Part shown: piece after piece, positions 1-15,899 of the stretch
Layout of the letters: every line of letters begins with the position of its first letter
How positions within the stretch are numbered: the stretch's first letter is position 1
DNA from: Eimeria praecox
Taxonomy: Eukaryota
NCBI GenBank assembly: GCA_963920595.1
Contig: OY986948.1
Coordinates: 4,092,001 to 4,156,000, forward strand
Direction: 5' to 3'
DNA: 64,000 nt
Notes under the pieces: generated by a model
The model's input: the letters and a program-made list of their open reading frames with translations, nothing else
Database searches by the model: none
What the model was told of the DNA's origin: nothing
Translations under genes and position numbers: made by a program

Positions 1-1904
<1,904 letters not shown>

Positions 1905-1950
1905 TATGCATACATATGTATATACATATATATGTATATACATAGGCATG

Positions 1951-1952
<2 letters not shown>

Positions 1953-2028
<76 letters not shown>
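1953..2028. repeat. (TA)n microsatellite
   Basis: Directly visible. Confidence 0.97.
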
Positions 2029-2030
<2 letters not shown>

Positions 2031-3099
2031 CTTTGCGCGACTGGAACGTGGCATTCTCTTGCTCATACCCTGAACTGAGCGAGCGCGAGAAAGGCAAATG
2101 CATGCTTACTCAAATTAGAAATGAGAAAGGCGCGGACAAATCAGGAAAAGGCGTCGGGCCATTAAGTGTGAACAGTTACACAACTGGTACTTCTTGTGTG
2201 GTTGGCAGCTTCTTCATTGTGCCTGCCGCCCAAGATTAGATTTTTCTGGTCAACTGAAACGAGTTCGTCGCGGGTGCGTTCCCTATGTTTGGGGACAGAG
2301 GGTGCTGGGGATGCCCCTTTCTTTTGTGCCTCGCTTGCTTGTACTGCAGGCTGCATTTGGAGGCCGTCCCAAAGCGCTGCACGTACGCATTGATAATGAC
2401 AAGAGCGCGCTCGCAGCAGTAAGCTTGCACGGCAGCGGCAGCCAGCCCGAGGCACTTCTGTCGAGAGTGCTCTTCCGACGGCTTCGGTACAAAACGGCAC
2501 CTCCTGCAAGCTTACTACCTTTTCGAAGTGCTGGGTCGCGTGCGAGTGTTACAACTAATGGAGGAAGTGATGCACTGAGGCCGGACTAGGTTGTTTCTGG
2601 CTGTAGATTGTGTTTGTGAAGGATGAGTTTCTAACGGAATTTCTAATTCTTGCACATTTTGCCGTTAGCGCTATAGCGATGTTCGGGCATGTGGGATCAG
2701 GCACATGTTGGTGGTCAGCACTATCTGCTTGAGCAAAACGCCTTCGTGGTTGTACACCTAGTTGTAGAAATTCAGCTTTGCCGGTTTGTCGTAAGCCACT
2801 CACTTCAGTCCTACATGTTGCCACTCGCCAAACTAGAGGCACGAAATGTTTAAGCTCTTTTTCTGCAATCCTAACAGAAGTTCAATGGCCTGGGTACCGA
2901 TCTCAGCTTCACCATGCATTCTGCAGAAAGCTAAGTTCACCCGAATCTGAATGTGAACTCGTGATGCGGTCGCTATCTTCACTTTCCTCAGTGTGCGCCC
3001 CTGCAGCTGGGGTTGCTTAGCGGGCTATGTCTAAAATATATATTTCTACAAGTTTGCACGCTGGCTACTAAAGGCCGCCTGGTATATAGCCAGATGTGA

Positions 3100-5450
3100 C
3101 GGGCACCGCGGAAGGAGCAGAAGGGTTCTTGGGTTCTCTCGACGTACACCGCTGTCATCAAACTGGACGTGAAAATCTATTCTGACATCTTATCCATTAG
3201 AAGGGGACACAAGGAGATGGTGGCTACAGCCCTGCAAAGGGTCCGCTTTCTCCGAGAACATCAGGAGCGTGCAAGACTTCCGGGAGGCTCTGCTGTGCAC
3301 GCCTATTCCCAAGTTTGCTAATGAATAGGGTATGGAGGAACGGAGAAAACTTAAGCGAGGGAAGCTGTAGATACAGCGCTCCGTCGAGAAGTATTACTCA
3401 CGAGTTAGAAATCCAATGGTGGACAGGGAGCTACTATGCAATTGGCTCATAGTAGGGCCTTTCCTCGGAAAGAACCAATAGGTAACAAGCTGGCCGGTGC
3501 AACAGGTGAATATGACCAGATGATGGAGGATCCCCGCGTAAAAGAAAGGAAAAGTGGCACTTCCACAGCCCTAACTGCGAAAGAAAAAGGCGCGTGCAGA
3601 AACAGCCCAGATGTGGAGCATATGCAATACTGGGGCTGCAAATATCACCCCAGTCCAGGAAGGGATTAGAAGCGATAACCCATAGCAAGCAGCGGGTTCG
3701 GCACCCACAAAGCAGGGAAGACGTACCAAATGGCATATCTGCTTCTTTTGCTATAAACAAGGTTACACAATCGGAGATTGCGGATGCATGAAAAAGGCTT
3801 AGGAGCTGGATAAGCAGAACTTCCAGCAGCGTCTCCAGAGAAACGAACAATAGGATGAGGAAAACGCACGGGCTCCCACGCCAATATCGGTGCAACTGTG
3901 GGGCTGCAAGAGATAACAGCCGCAGTAATCAACGCAGTACTTACCCAAGTTCTTGCTAATTGCCGGGAGTTGCTACCGTTGCTTACCACAGGTTACCAAA
4001 TGCTAGCGCAGCCTCTCTCACTACGCTTTGCGGATGGCAGACAGGATGCGATAATCAGGAGAAGTATAAGCGTATACTGCTTGCTCTATTCAGAAATGGA
4101 CCATATTCCTGTCTCGCGCGACATCTACGTTAGGCTACTTCAACACGACATAATCCTTGGCATGCTGCGGGTGGCTCAGTGGAAGGCAATAAAGCGGCAT
4201 CCACATGGCACTGCCGAGGTCTAAGTGACGAGAAACGACTAGAGAGTTCACCTCTCAGTGTAACGGTAGTCCCCCAACTTAGTCCTGGACCCTCGTGAGC
4301 TGCCATAGAGCACTACCATAGAGACAAATACTTAAGAAAAGAACTTGCAAAAAGCAGCTAACCTACCCTCCAGCCTCCTGGGTGCCGCTGCAGAAGGGCT
4401 TGCGCTGGAAGGGATAAGGCCCACCCTGCCATGGGTTGCAACCACCACCCACCTTCCTGCAGCTACTGCTGGGAGGCAGCTCCACAAGCACCCACAGCCA
4501 CTGCCCCGGTGCTGCATGCGGTAGCATTATAGACTGTAGTGTAGGCAGTATTTAAACACTTACTTGATCCTCCACAGTCAACGTGCGAGCGAGTAGGGAT
4601 ACAAGAACCAGCATCGCACAGCGCGCGGTGCGCAGATGATGCAGAATAGAGCACAGTTATAGTGTTCACGCTTGACCACCCATAGACAGCGGGAGAGTAA
4701 GTAGAGATACAAGGACCAAGACCATTCAGACTCTGCTAGAGCTGAGAAAGCTCGTCTTGCCACGAGTTGCAGGAATCCTTGCTGTAGCACGTGCAACCCA
4801 ACCCCACGCGCAAGTGACCCCCCTCTGCTGCATGTTGTAAGACAGTAGATAATTGTTAAGCAACCTTTTAATTCTAAGAATTAAGAGGTGAGCGCAAACA
4901 GAAGTACATGGGCACATTCCAGCTTCATTGGGCTTCTTTGGCCTTGCACGGTTACGCCACAGCCCCTGCAGCACGGCCTGTCTGAAGAGTGCTCAAATGA
5001 TCGTATTAGCGATTTACATCAAACCCCTACAAAAAAGTAGGTGATTTATCTTTTCTATATTCCTACAGGGTGGGTAATGCACCTTCTACAGAAAATCTTC
5101 CATCGCTCAACGACGAAACAACACTGGGCCCCAACTGCAAAAGACGCACTGGAAAACCGATCCGCAACTGCTTGCATGGAGAACCAGCAAACATGTGTAT
5201 GACGCTGCTAATAACTTAGATGCAAATATTTACTGAAGACCTGTGTGAATTGTGCCAGCCTAGCGCTTGCGTGGAGACCGCCGGTTTTGAAACACCAGCC
5301 TCCAGCTGTCCCCGACGAAGAAGAAATGCATTGTGTTAAGGAATTTTGGGTACTCTTTTTAGACTCTTTTTAGCATGAGGAAGTACACGAATAGCCGGTG
5401 TCTTAACATGCTCTAATCCGTCATTTTATCCGACTTGTTGGGTCTCTGCC
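3100..5450 (+). mobile_element. Degenerate Ty3/gypsy (chromovirus-like) element A: gag, protease, (RT/RNase H missing), two spacer modules, integrase C-terminus, chromodomain-like remnant
   Basis: Gag-like LEGDTRRWWLQ...IRSVQDFREALL (~3195-3300). Protease-like PLSLRFADG...HDIILGM (~4010-4165). Integrase C-terminal-like YRVGN..STENLPSLN (~5065-5110). PPAVPDEEEMHCVKE (~5298-5343). Many stops and frameshifts. Confidence 0.72.
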
Positions 5451-5589
5451 TCCAAGCTTTTGTCTGTTGACGGATGCTTTTAAAGCCGAGGAAGGCCATC
5501 CAGGCGTGTCTGTGTACCTGAATTCGCCATTCTAAGCATGCTTGCTTTCCAGGAATCAACGGTACTTTGAGGTGAGGGGGGCTTCTGAG

Positions 5590-7040
5590 ATGGCGTCTTC
5601 AACGCCATTTAGAATTCTCAAGGCTCCTCCCATCCCCGCTCCAACCGGTCGTCGCCCGATCGGTTTCCGCGGTAAGGGAACATTGCAGAACTTAGCATCT
5701 TCATCATGCGCATGCGCTGTAACCTCTTTCTCCCACTCTGCTCTACACTATCAGCAGGGACGACGCTCTACTGGAAGCAGTGCGCCTTGAATTACTCCTT
5801 GCCAATTTCCCTTGGCGTCTTTTTTTTTCCTTTTTCGATCTGACTCAGGGAACCACCAACATAAAAAGGCCCTGTATGATCCTGTATTCAAAACTACAAC
5901 TGTGAGGCAGTCCCCCAGTTAGAGCAGCCCCCTTGTTTTGTAGTGCTACCCATAGCAGTCATTCGTCTCTGTGTGCATGCATGGCATGCTGGTTCCCGTA
6001 AACCATCGGGCTGTTTAGTTGCTTCGGATCCTTGACAGTCGGAGTTGCGTCCATCGAGTGCGTCATGGCATTCACCTCCCTGGGGTCTGCTGCATGTATG
6101 CAGGTGCCGTCAAATTTAGTGCCACGATACCCAATCGATTGGCGGAACGGGGGCCGTGCGCTGTTAGTGGCAGCTCTGCACAAGTTGGAGGGAAATTACC
6201 CTCTGTTGCCGCGCCAACAGCCTCCACTGCAGTGCCAAGCCCCTCTCGATCCGGGCTCACTGGCGGCTGCAGGAGACAGTTGTGCAGGCGGCTGCGCAGT
6301 TGAGTCGCTTGTCTCTTTGGGGCGCAGAAGGAGTGGGAGGGCCGGATACGCTGCTGGAACGGCGGCGAAGCGCCTGGTGCTGAGACATAGGAGGGCGTTG
6401 CAGTGGCAGGAAGGAGGCTTCTGCAGCAGCAAGTGTGGTACGACGTGCAGCAAAAGCCCTTGGAGGTGTTTGTGCTCCTGGAGGTGCAGAGGTTTGTATC
6501 AACATGCAAACCGAATGGACGCTATTCTTATGAGTCACAAGGGTCCTGTGAACTCGGATAAACCGCTCTTTAGTGTAAAAAGAGCAGAAGTGGCTCCATC
6601 GAGGTCAGACTAGGGCAAACACTTCTGAGGGATGCATTTACACTAAAGCATTGCATAGACCGTCCCCACAGGCTCGAAATACGATAAGGAGTACTCTGAC
6701 CACGTAACGTCCCTTGTTGCCGCCCCTTGTACGTGTTCAGTTGCCTTTAATTTGTTAGGGGTAGGACGCTCCGTTTTTTTGCAGATTGGCAAGTGAGGGA
6801 ATGATCTTCTGCACCCGAAGTGGTGACTTCGTGCCCACGGCTGAAAAGTTGCACCCGGCATTTGCTGCCTTCGATGCAGAAGAGAAACGGGAGGCAACTT
6901 CAGCGCAGCGATCGCGGGCGGTATGTTGGGGTTTAGGAGGTGACTGGGCCAGTGATAGTGACGGTGAGGAAGATTTAGACGAGGAGGCAGAGGATCTGTT
7001 GAAGTTTGTTTCGGAATTTCCAAGGGATCGGAGAGCGTAA
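5590..7040 (+). CDS. Hypothetical spliced protein; internal exon structure unresolved
   Basis: ATG exon 5590-5671 ends at a GTAAGG donor. A terminal exon follows TTTTTTTGCAG (6785-7040) with an acidic tail (SDSDGEEDLDEEAED) and joins in frame to ...KPLEVFVLLEVQR via a donor at ~6492. The middle frame could not be closed. Confidence 0.35.
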
Positions 7041-7643
7041 GTGCTGTATAAATCATACGGTTCTGAGCTACCTCATCCGCACAGGGCAGTGTGCTCCGCC
7101 CGCACAACTGAGATTTTGCTGCCGATGGCAGCGATACCAGTCGAACTGCACCTTTTTAGTTCACTATATGCGCAACCCGCTTTCTTCCTGCCAAACAGGG
7201 GGCAATACCTGTAAATGGCACTGGCACAGTCGCGGCATGGTCCAACGTGTGCAAAAATATTGCGTTCTTCAGTTCCTATGATGCGCCAGCTAAGACGTTT
7301 TTGCATAAGATAATCTTTCTACGCGGTGTGCGCGTGCTGCGTGTGCATCTGCCTAAGAAAGGTGATGTCTGACGCAGTTTGTCACATATCTAAGTCTGAC
7401 AAAATTAAAGAGAAAGGAGTTCGTGTCAGTGGTGTTCATATTTGCGCCGGACCTCTGACAAATCTCCCAACTGCGTACTTAGCACAGCACCAGCCCCGGA
7501 TTGTGCACATACGAGTTCTGGCGGCTGGCACTTTTCTGTCCTCTCCACATGGCAGAGCACTTCTTATTTTGCAATAGAGAACTTCACCTATACGCTGTAC
7601 TGTCGATGAATCTATGCCATTTGCATCTACAGTGTAGAAAATT

Positions 7644-10600
7644 TCACTTGCGGCGATTGCTTAGGAGGAGAATTCCGAGACCAATCAGCCGGTACCTGCA
7701 CACACCCTGGTCGTACTGGGCGCAAAGATTGTGTAGTCCACCGCAAGAATTGCAGAGCATACACGAATAAATGCAAATACACATGTGAAGCAGGGTAGGT
7801 TAGACAGCTTGAAATGCCTCACTGGAGTTGCTTACACTACGATCTGTATTAGAAGCATCAAAGCACTGAACCAGTATGAGTCGCGGTCTATTGCGTAGTA
7901 CTGCAAAACCTGCAAGACTCAAGCACCAACGAATATACAGAGAAAAGATCTATGGAGAAACGAGATGGCTAATGCAATGTACAAAACCAGTGCAGCGGCA
8001 CTTCGTTTGATATGCCACCTTATATGTAATCCCCACATCTTCCCCTCCCTGTGTTCTCCAACGTTAAATGGAATATTTGTAGGTAAGTGGGATACGGCCT
8101 ATCACCGTTCACGCAAGCACGTGGCTGTATTCCTGTACTATTAAAGCACCATATTCCCTGCTCAAGAGGATGCACTGCTTTGGACCTGTTCTCCATTTGA
8201 GTAGCACTGTGGAGGAAGAACTCCCGGCGGACACGGCTTTAGCGTGGCTCCTTCTGTGGAAACAAACAAGACGATGGTAAAAGCCCACTGCATGTACCAG
8301 TGGCCTGCGACAACCTGCAATGCTTATTTATACGACTGGAGCCATATTTAAGAGGCGGAAGCAACTGTTCCAATTAATATATTCTTCGGAATATTGTTGC
8401 GGAAGAGTAATGCATTACCCCAAACGGCGTGCATCACGCCCGACCATCCCCACCGAAACGGCGACATGTACTGCGCAACATAAACCATCACATTCACCCC
8501 ACAGCAAAATGTTGTCGACCTTAACACTTCTAATCCATCCCGACGCCCGACGCCCAAGCCTTTAATTTCCGCGTAGCTAGTGGGCAACTGCAGCCGTCTG
8601 CGTACACCGCTGTTTGCTTCCCCGGTGCCCAGACGGTTCTGCATTATCAGTTAATGCCTAGTGTAATTAACGGTTTCCTTTACAATGTAGCTCACCTGCA
8701 GCCAAATCCAGAAGCGCGGCATGTTCGACAAAATCACCATAAACCCGGACATAAGGACAAGGGGCATGAACAGTATAGGGATCATCGTTGAGGCGAACTG
8801 CAGCTGGTGAGCAACGCACAAACGCAAGCATACCAACAAATGACTGAAAACACGACAAGTTAATTAATCGCTCTTCAAAAGCAGAGTGGATGTGTGATCA
8901 ATCCAAGGGCCAGTAGAGAGCAAGTTCTCGCCAGTACGGCTTCGGCTGTTCGGTTCCTTGCATTTGAAACGCAAACTCCTTCGTTTAGTAAATATACGTT
9001 CAATATAGCTAGAAAGAGATGCTGCTCAAAACCATGTCTTCGCGCTGTGCCCAGACTCGATATTTGCCATTGACACTGGAAATAGCTAGCCGCAGGCAAA
9101 GGAATGCGTTGCTCGCTGCAGTTTCTGTGGTACCGTAGGCGCCGCGCTAGAGACGGCGTAGCCAATTGAAATAGCGCTGTTGGTTGTCAGCAGGATAAAC
9201 AGCAAACCCAAGAGCCAGCGCACTGCCGCATCATTCAGACCGGTCATGTACCATGCAATCCTGAACAAAACATCGCAAACTCCAGCGATCTCGAGTTGCA
9301 GTGGGCAGCACTTGATGATGTTGTAAATCGTCCGCCAAGCACGCTAGCTTCTAACTGCCTCACGTTGCAAAAACAACGGGGAAGAGCATTTGCAAGGAAA
9401 AGTCGGCGATCATTTTGCCACAGTAATACGACGTGAGGCGGTAAAGGCCAGATTGGTACTCTCGAATAGCCAAAACTTTGTCACTTGTAAACGTATGCAG
9501 CACTGAAACCATTCCGAGACTCCCCTGCAACCGCAGAATTTACCCATGTACGCAGATAAGAACATATACACAAAGCGTCGGAGTGGAGAAAAACCAGGCT
9601 CATTAAAGAGGACCAGAGCTGCATACACCTTGCTGGAACAGCAATGCGTATGCAATGAGCAGCCTATCTCGCGCGCCATCTCGTTTCTGTCAATCCCTGC
9701 TTCTGTTCTCCATCTCTGATTGCTTCTTGCACACTGCACGGGCCCGCCATCCTGGCTTACCTGATTCAGAACTATAAAGGTGCAGGCACCACTTCTTGAC
9801 AGGTAATTGTCCGGGGAAAGCCGTAGGAAAATAAGACCAGCGATAATGGCCAGCACCAATGTCTGCACAACCCGTGCTTGAAATGCACGCGGGTTCCGGC
9901 TGTTACTGATGAAGCTGCGGTGAACCAAAGTTAAAAGTTCTTCAGACCTTTGGCAGCAAAACAAAGCGCATACTAGGCGAGAACTGCAAATGGAAGATGA
10001 CAGCACCGTCACTGCATTTGCCTACAGTGAAGGCACTCACGAACCGCATGCTTATACACGCAAGCATATGCAAATCAAGTTTAACAGATTTGACGGACGA
10101 AACGTTCATTCTACCAGATTCCTTCCCACCAGCTGGGCTTGTATTTATCGTATGCTTCCCTCGTTGGCTCCGTCTCAACGTCAGCTGGTCCTCGCGTTCC
10201 TGTGGCAGCGCTTGTGAACACGGAATCTTTATTGCCTTGCGGATGCGTTTGGCAGTTGTGAATAAACCAGCAAATGGCAAATGAAGTTCGTGTGCACGTT
10301 GTGGCCACTGCCAACTGCAATTTAACTTGGTCGCCCTTCTTCCGAGCAGCGCAAACCAGTATGATTTGCCGTATATGTGACTGGAAACCAAATAGCTACA
10401 TGCGCCGGCTGCGAAAAAGAAACCTACCTGTCTCGCTACTCGCAAAGTCCTGAGACACGCATACCAACGCAGATCAGAGTAGCTTCAGAAATGCCTCAAC
10501 TGTGTCATAATGCGCAACCAGCCATAAACGGAATGTTGCGGCGACGCAAAACGCATGATTTTGGAATTCAACGACCGCTTGTGCATGCCGCACAAAGACT

Positions 10601-13600
10601 ATACGACCCCCTTTGCCATCAGAGGCAAGCTCATCGGTTGGCTGCAAAGCTATGTTGTTTGTGCGCTGGCTCTTTGGTGAAGGGACGTGGCCCCAGTGTT
10701 TTACAAACACCACAGGTGGTACAGAGGGCATGCAACTTGAAATGATGTGCGATACGACGGGCGTGTTACAGCAGGAAGCGTGTCCACTTCGTGCTTACAC
10801 AAGGAGGCACACACTCGAGGATAATTCACCTAAGCTACACTGTACTGGCACGCGTAAAACTGCCACGAAGCAAAAACTAGACAGGAATCTTTAAAGAAAT
10901 GAAGTCTTCAGGTGCAATGAGTAAATATCCAGACCTTTGTCACACCGCTGCCTCCTCAGGCTAAAGACGCGTTCTGCACTTAAGCCTCTGCAGCAGCACA
11001 GAACTAGCTATTGCGCAAGAGCAAATTACCTGACCGCCCTGGAATGCTCCAGCGTCCTGCATGGCTTGGATGTGCTTATCTCGAACATTTGCCTGAGGTA
11101 CAGTAACAAGGTGGCGAAAGCCAATGCAAGCACACCGGCGTCGGTTTGCTCCGTTCAGCGCTTGCATCTATACAGACTACCCGATTTTTATGCTAAATAT
11201 TGCCCTTCCTTGAACTTATAATGATGGCGTATGCACACACATGTCCTTACCCAGTCAGCAAGAAAGGCAGCGCCTGTTTTTTCCCAATGTTCCGCTAGTC
11301 TGCAAAGGAAGCACCCCAAATCCCGTTAGAGCGTTCATGAAACTATAATGAAGCCTCGCCTTCCAAGGCTTTTTTCGCTTCTTAGTATACAACTTAACCA
11401 CTCAAATCCTTAATGCGCTTGATAAGCTACGCTCAGCCTGCCCTTTCCAGGTAGTAAAGAGTGATGAATGAGTGCACCATCCCAGCGAACAAGCAATGAC
11501 AAACCAAGAAAGCCTGCGCTCACCGTAAGTGCACTGATTGCAGCAAGGACGCACCACCAGTATTGGCACTCAACTACAGCCAAGCTACTTCTAGCGAGCA
11601 AAGAACCAGAGAAAACGCAGCGGCCAGAACCGGCCAGAACTACCAATGTGTCCTTTACTACATGGCTACAAGCCTACTTTTCAGGTGTCAAGTCTCTTAA
11701 ATCTTCCGACGGCTCGCCCACACTGAGCTGCTGTTTTACAAGCAGCTCAAGAAGGAACTCTGGTACACTCGTGAATGGCGGGCAGGGCCGCCCTAAACGC
11801 GAAAAGTACAAAAGAGTTGCCTCGCGGTCTCCGTAGAAAACCAAACGGCCACGACTGAGCAGTAACACTTTTGTGAACATGTTGAAGATGTTCGAACTCG
11901 GCTGATGAATTGTGCATATGATAGTTCTCCCTGTGCGCACAGCAAATGCAGCCGAAAAAATGCGTGCACTCCACGGGTAGTGCCGAGAGACTCTAACACA
12001 ACAGAAACGCTTCAGTATTCTGAGTAAATCAAAGCCACACAGCACATCGGCTGCTACGGACAGCCCAAAAATATGAAGACGAAAAAGGGCGATCCTCACC
12101 GCGATCCGCTAAGAGTCTGAAGATATTCATGACGTTTTCAGCTATGAAGGAGTCCAGACCAGTGGTGGGTTCGTCCGCAAAAATAACCGACGGATTCGTC
12201 ATCATCTCTGTAGCAATATTCAAGCGCTTCTTTTCTCCCCCACTAATGCCTCTGCGATCGCAGCAGGCAAGTGCATGCAGCTCAACGTCACAACATTTCC
12301 ATACGGAAGGGAAGTGCAAAGCAAACCAGTACAAAATTCCAGGTGAAATCAGGCGTCCAGCAGAGTGAACACAGGGTGTGCACACAAGATAATGATAGTG
12401 AAAAGACCGACCGCTTTGCTGCCATCTGGAGATTCCCTATTCTAGAGTCTTTAACTTTTGTCAAGCCATACAGGTCAACCAAACGATCAACAAGCTTCGA
12501 CCTTTGCTCCTTCTTCTGCCCAGTACGCAATCTTGCCTGCTCCGAAGACAAACAACACGACCAACAGATGAGCAGCTAGCTGGAAAATCAATACGACACA
12601 GCAACAGTCTCTAGACAGCGAAGGCGTTACTGGAGGTTCCTGTTATGCGAGAGCTGGCATATAAAAGTAGTGCGTAGGCGGTATTCTGAAGGTAGGCAGC
12701 GTACGACTATGGGGAAATACAAAGGCAAGCACGACGCACCACGCAGTCCAGATGCTCCTGCACTGTGAGAAATCCATAGAAGCTGTCACTTTGTTGTATG
12801 AAACAGCATAGTCGCTTCACTTCGGCCGAGCCCAGCGACTTGCCGTTGAACAAAACAGACCCACCATTGCTAACGATGCGGCGGCTTAGAACTGCAAACA
12901 GCGCCACAAGCGTCACAAGCCCTTCCCTCGACTAACACTACCTGGATTATTTGCGTTAAATCGCGCAGCCTATCGACGCCCAGTACACCGTCATCGGAAT
13001 GCCCCAATGAATCAGCCTATACAGATGCCTATGCGTGGAAGCACTTGACTATGCACATCCCCAAGGGGACTTCGGTAAGCAGATATAGAAAGCACACTAA
13101 GAAACGAGTTGTAGAAATGAAGTAGATCAATCACGAGCTCACCGTTGAGAAGGGTCGACTTCCCCGCCCCGCTGGCCCCCATCAGTGCAACTGCAGCAAA
13201 ATGCCGAAAAAAGACACAGTTACAAGGCCATATGTGTGGCTTGCAAGCACCGTGTTAGACACTGTTGCCAACGAAGCAAATTGCTTCACGACAGCTCTGC
13301 GTTCCTCTTGATCGCATATTGGCACCTGATCAGTAGAACAAACAGCCACCTGCTCTTACCCATTTCCCCCGGTTGCACGGTCCCGTTGACTCCCTGAAGG
13401 AGGGTCTTTGTCTGGGGCGGTGTCACGGCGCATGCAATTTGGTTCAAGACGGGCAGGGCGAGGGCGCCAGTGAACCTCTTTGGCGCATTTACCTTCACTG
13501 CGAACACAGAAAGACGAACGACACGGGTGCGGTGGAAACTTCGCTCGATCATCAGTGCTATGCGGTAACCCTGGTGCATTAATCAATCCCAAAACGCATT

Positions 13601-14164
13601 CTCAGAAATTCAGACAGGAGAGCATATTCCCAAACGGGCCGCTGGTGCTGCACTGCCGGCAAGCACCATCTGCATTCAGCTAGAGCGAAATATGTCCAGG
13701 AGTTAGACTGAGCGCGTCAAATTCCCTGCAAAAAGGTGTAATATCTGCAGAACCTAATCGCCCACTGCAGGCCGTCCCTACCACAGAATAAATAACAAAA
13801 CGCTAGCACGTGGCTAGTACAGCATGCTGCTGTGTGCAAACTTACGGGACACATCTTTAAAGGTGATAGTGACAGGCGGGCAAAAGGGAAGGTCCTTAAG
13901 ACGTTCATAGGTCGGATTCTGTTCATCAGACTCTGGATGAGAAGTGCCTTCGCCCCTTCCCAGAGCCGCATCTTCTGTGCCATCCATGCAACTGGCAGAG
14001 CGCTTATCTACGGAGCTGCGCCGACTCCTCAGGCTCTGTATGCTAAAGCGGCGAAGCACAACATCTGAAGCCGCTGCGTTCAAGGCTTCGCAACAATCCC
14101 CTGCTCCTGCAGGAGGCACTCCACTGGAGAGCTGCCCCAGGAACTCTTCCTGAGGCTCTGCCAT
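7644..14164 (-). CDS. ABC transporter family G (White-like) half transporter, multi-exon
   Basis: Walker [10 protein letters not shown] (~13150-13180), Q-loop FIQQSD, signature ISGGEKKR, Walker [14 protein letters not shown]-loop TIHQP. C-terminal ABC2 membrane domain includes [10 protein letters not shown]..., [19 protein letters not shown] and SPFRWGW, with last exon [16 protein letters not shown]. Confidence 0.93.
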
Positions 14165-14799
14165 CTCTGAAGTAGATAATCGGTTTTCCCAGTGCCTTTG
14201 TACTCCCCCTCAAGAACAAGCATCAAGCGTGGCGCACTCGTTTAGGCGCCGAGTGTCAACAGGCTTGCACGGATCCACCCAATGGCGTCCACCGTGCTGT
14301 AGAAGTATCCTAACCCTGCCACTGTCTTCCTCTCTATGTAGGAATCACAAGGACATAAATTAATGAAACTGTGCCCAAAAGCTGGAAGAGCGGATAACTG
14401 CGGACCACCGTCGCCAGCAGCACTCACGCCCAACCGCTGCAGCCCACGGGGGGGTGTTCCCACATCGACAAGAAGCTCTGTATCAGCTCACATTCAAACC
14501 CCAAGTAATCCAAACATCTTCTTAGTTGCAGGCTAAAGTCAATTTGCACCTTCGGCTATTAAGTAAGTCAGGAAGCTCGTCGCTTGTTATCCCCTGCAGG
14601 GCTCGGCAGGCACAATAGGCGCTGCAACCTGAAACGCCGTATAACGGCATTTCTCCGTTCACAAAGCGTTTTCTGCACAATATGGTGCTTTACTGCTCAA
14701 GGGTTAACGAGTTACATGCGGCTTGTTCTCTAAGTTTTGTAGTCTAGAAGCTCCGCACGTGATGCAACTCGGGGCGAGGAGGGTCTTGTAGGGGCAAGC

Positions 14800-15880
14800 A
14801 TTATGCTTGTGTGTATGAAAGCTGCTGGGTTCCAGAGAAATGTTTTTCAACTGACTATACTGCGGGTGAATGCATCGAGAAGGGCCTTAGGGATACATGC
14901 GCGTCGAATTGCTTTGGGGTGCAGATATAACGGTGTGGCGTTTGGCTTGTCTGAATTCGTCTAAAGCTGCGACGTTTGACTCTACTTGTACGAAGATTGG
15001 CTACTGATATGTAGGAAAGAGTTGGATTATCACCTGCAGTATCAGTGCTTCCATCAAAAGGGTCGCCTGTAGCATGTCCGTGCTCTGCACTCGTGTCCCT
15101 CCTACTTGTTGGCATGATCACGGAGGTCAAAGTCAGTGTTTAAAGGCATTCTACACCACAGTTTTGCAGTGTTGGCACACGCAGAGTAGGGGCATTGGTT
15201 ATGCGTGCATTTGAGGCTGCCTTGCAGCACAAGCTGTAGCAGCGTGCCCTGCTGCAGCTAGTGGCCCAAGGCAGTTCCAAAATGTCGGGTGCGCGTTGCA
15301 GCGCACGAATGTATTGCCCGTGCCCCCACCATCTCAGTTACTTGAGCCGCGGTGAGGAGGATGCCTGGAGGCTGGAGAGGAGGACAGCTGGGTTTTGCGA
15401 TCCCCTCCTTTAAGTTTTCGACGCTATTGTAGCTCGCTATGGTCCTCGCATAAGATCAAGGACGCTCGTTACATTTGGTAGCATTGCATAGTGCATCGCG
15501 GCAGGCGAGAGCAACGAGCTTCCCCCCTCACAGCAGGGCGGCTTAGCGTGTTGCAAAAACTGGTTTACAAAATATAAAAACAACCTTGGATAGTTTGTTT
15601 TGGCGATCTTTATCAGCATTGTCTTCTAGCATAATGGAAATTGATCAAGGTCTGCCCTCCGGTTGTGAAGCAAACTACGGTGGGGAGCCTCACCGAGTAG
15701 GAACAAGCTCAAATTCCGCATCCCATAAAGCGGGTACTGGATAAGTTTACCACGATATAATTCTAAACATGCATTCTGTGGGGTAGCCAGTGAAGAGCAA
15801 GCATGCGGTAGGGAGACGATCCCATTGCACATGCTGGGGAACATGAGGCATTGCGAGTGCCAGTGCTGCCAACAAACAGC
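14800..15880 (-). mobile_element. Degenerate gypsy fragment B: RNase H, spacer module, start of integrase
   Basis: YGMRNLSLFLLGEAPHRSLL resembles the gypsy RNase H YAVRKWRxYLLG...DHRSL. Clear inverted nucleotide similarity to 21300-21720. RYICTPKQF pre-integrase-like segment near 14920. Confidence 0.62.
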
Positions 15881-15899
15881 ATTGGCTTCCTCTAGAAGG

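Noticed and set aside
15420..15745. Integrase-like reading (EIDQGLP) on the plus strand
   Set aside because: The minus strand gives a better RNase H match that is consistent with homologue F.
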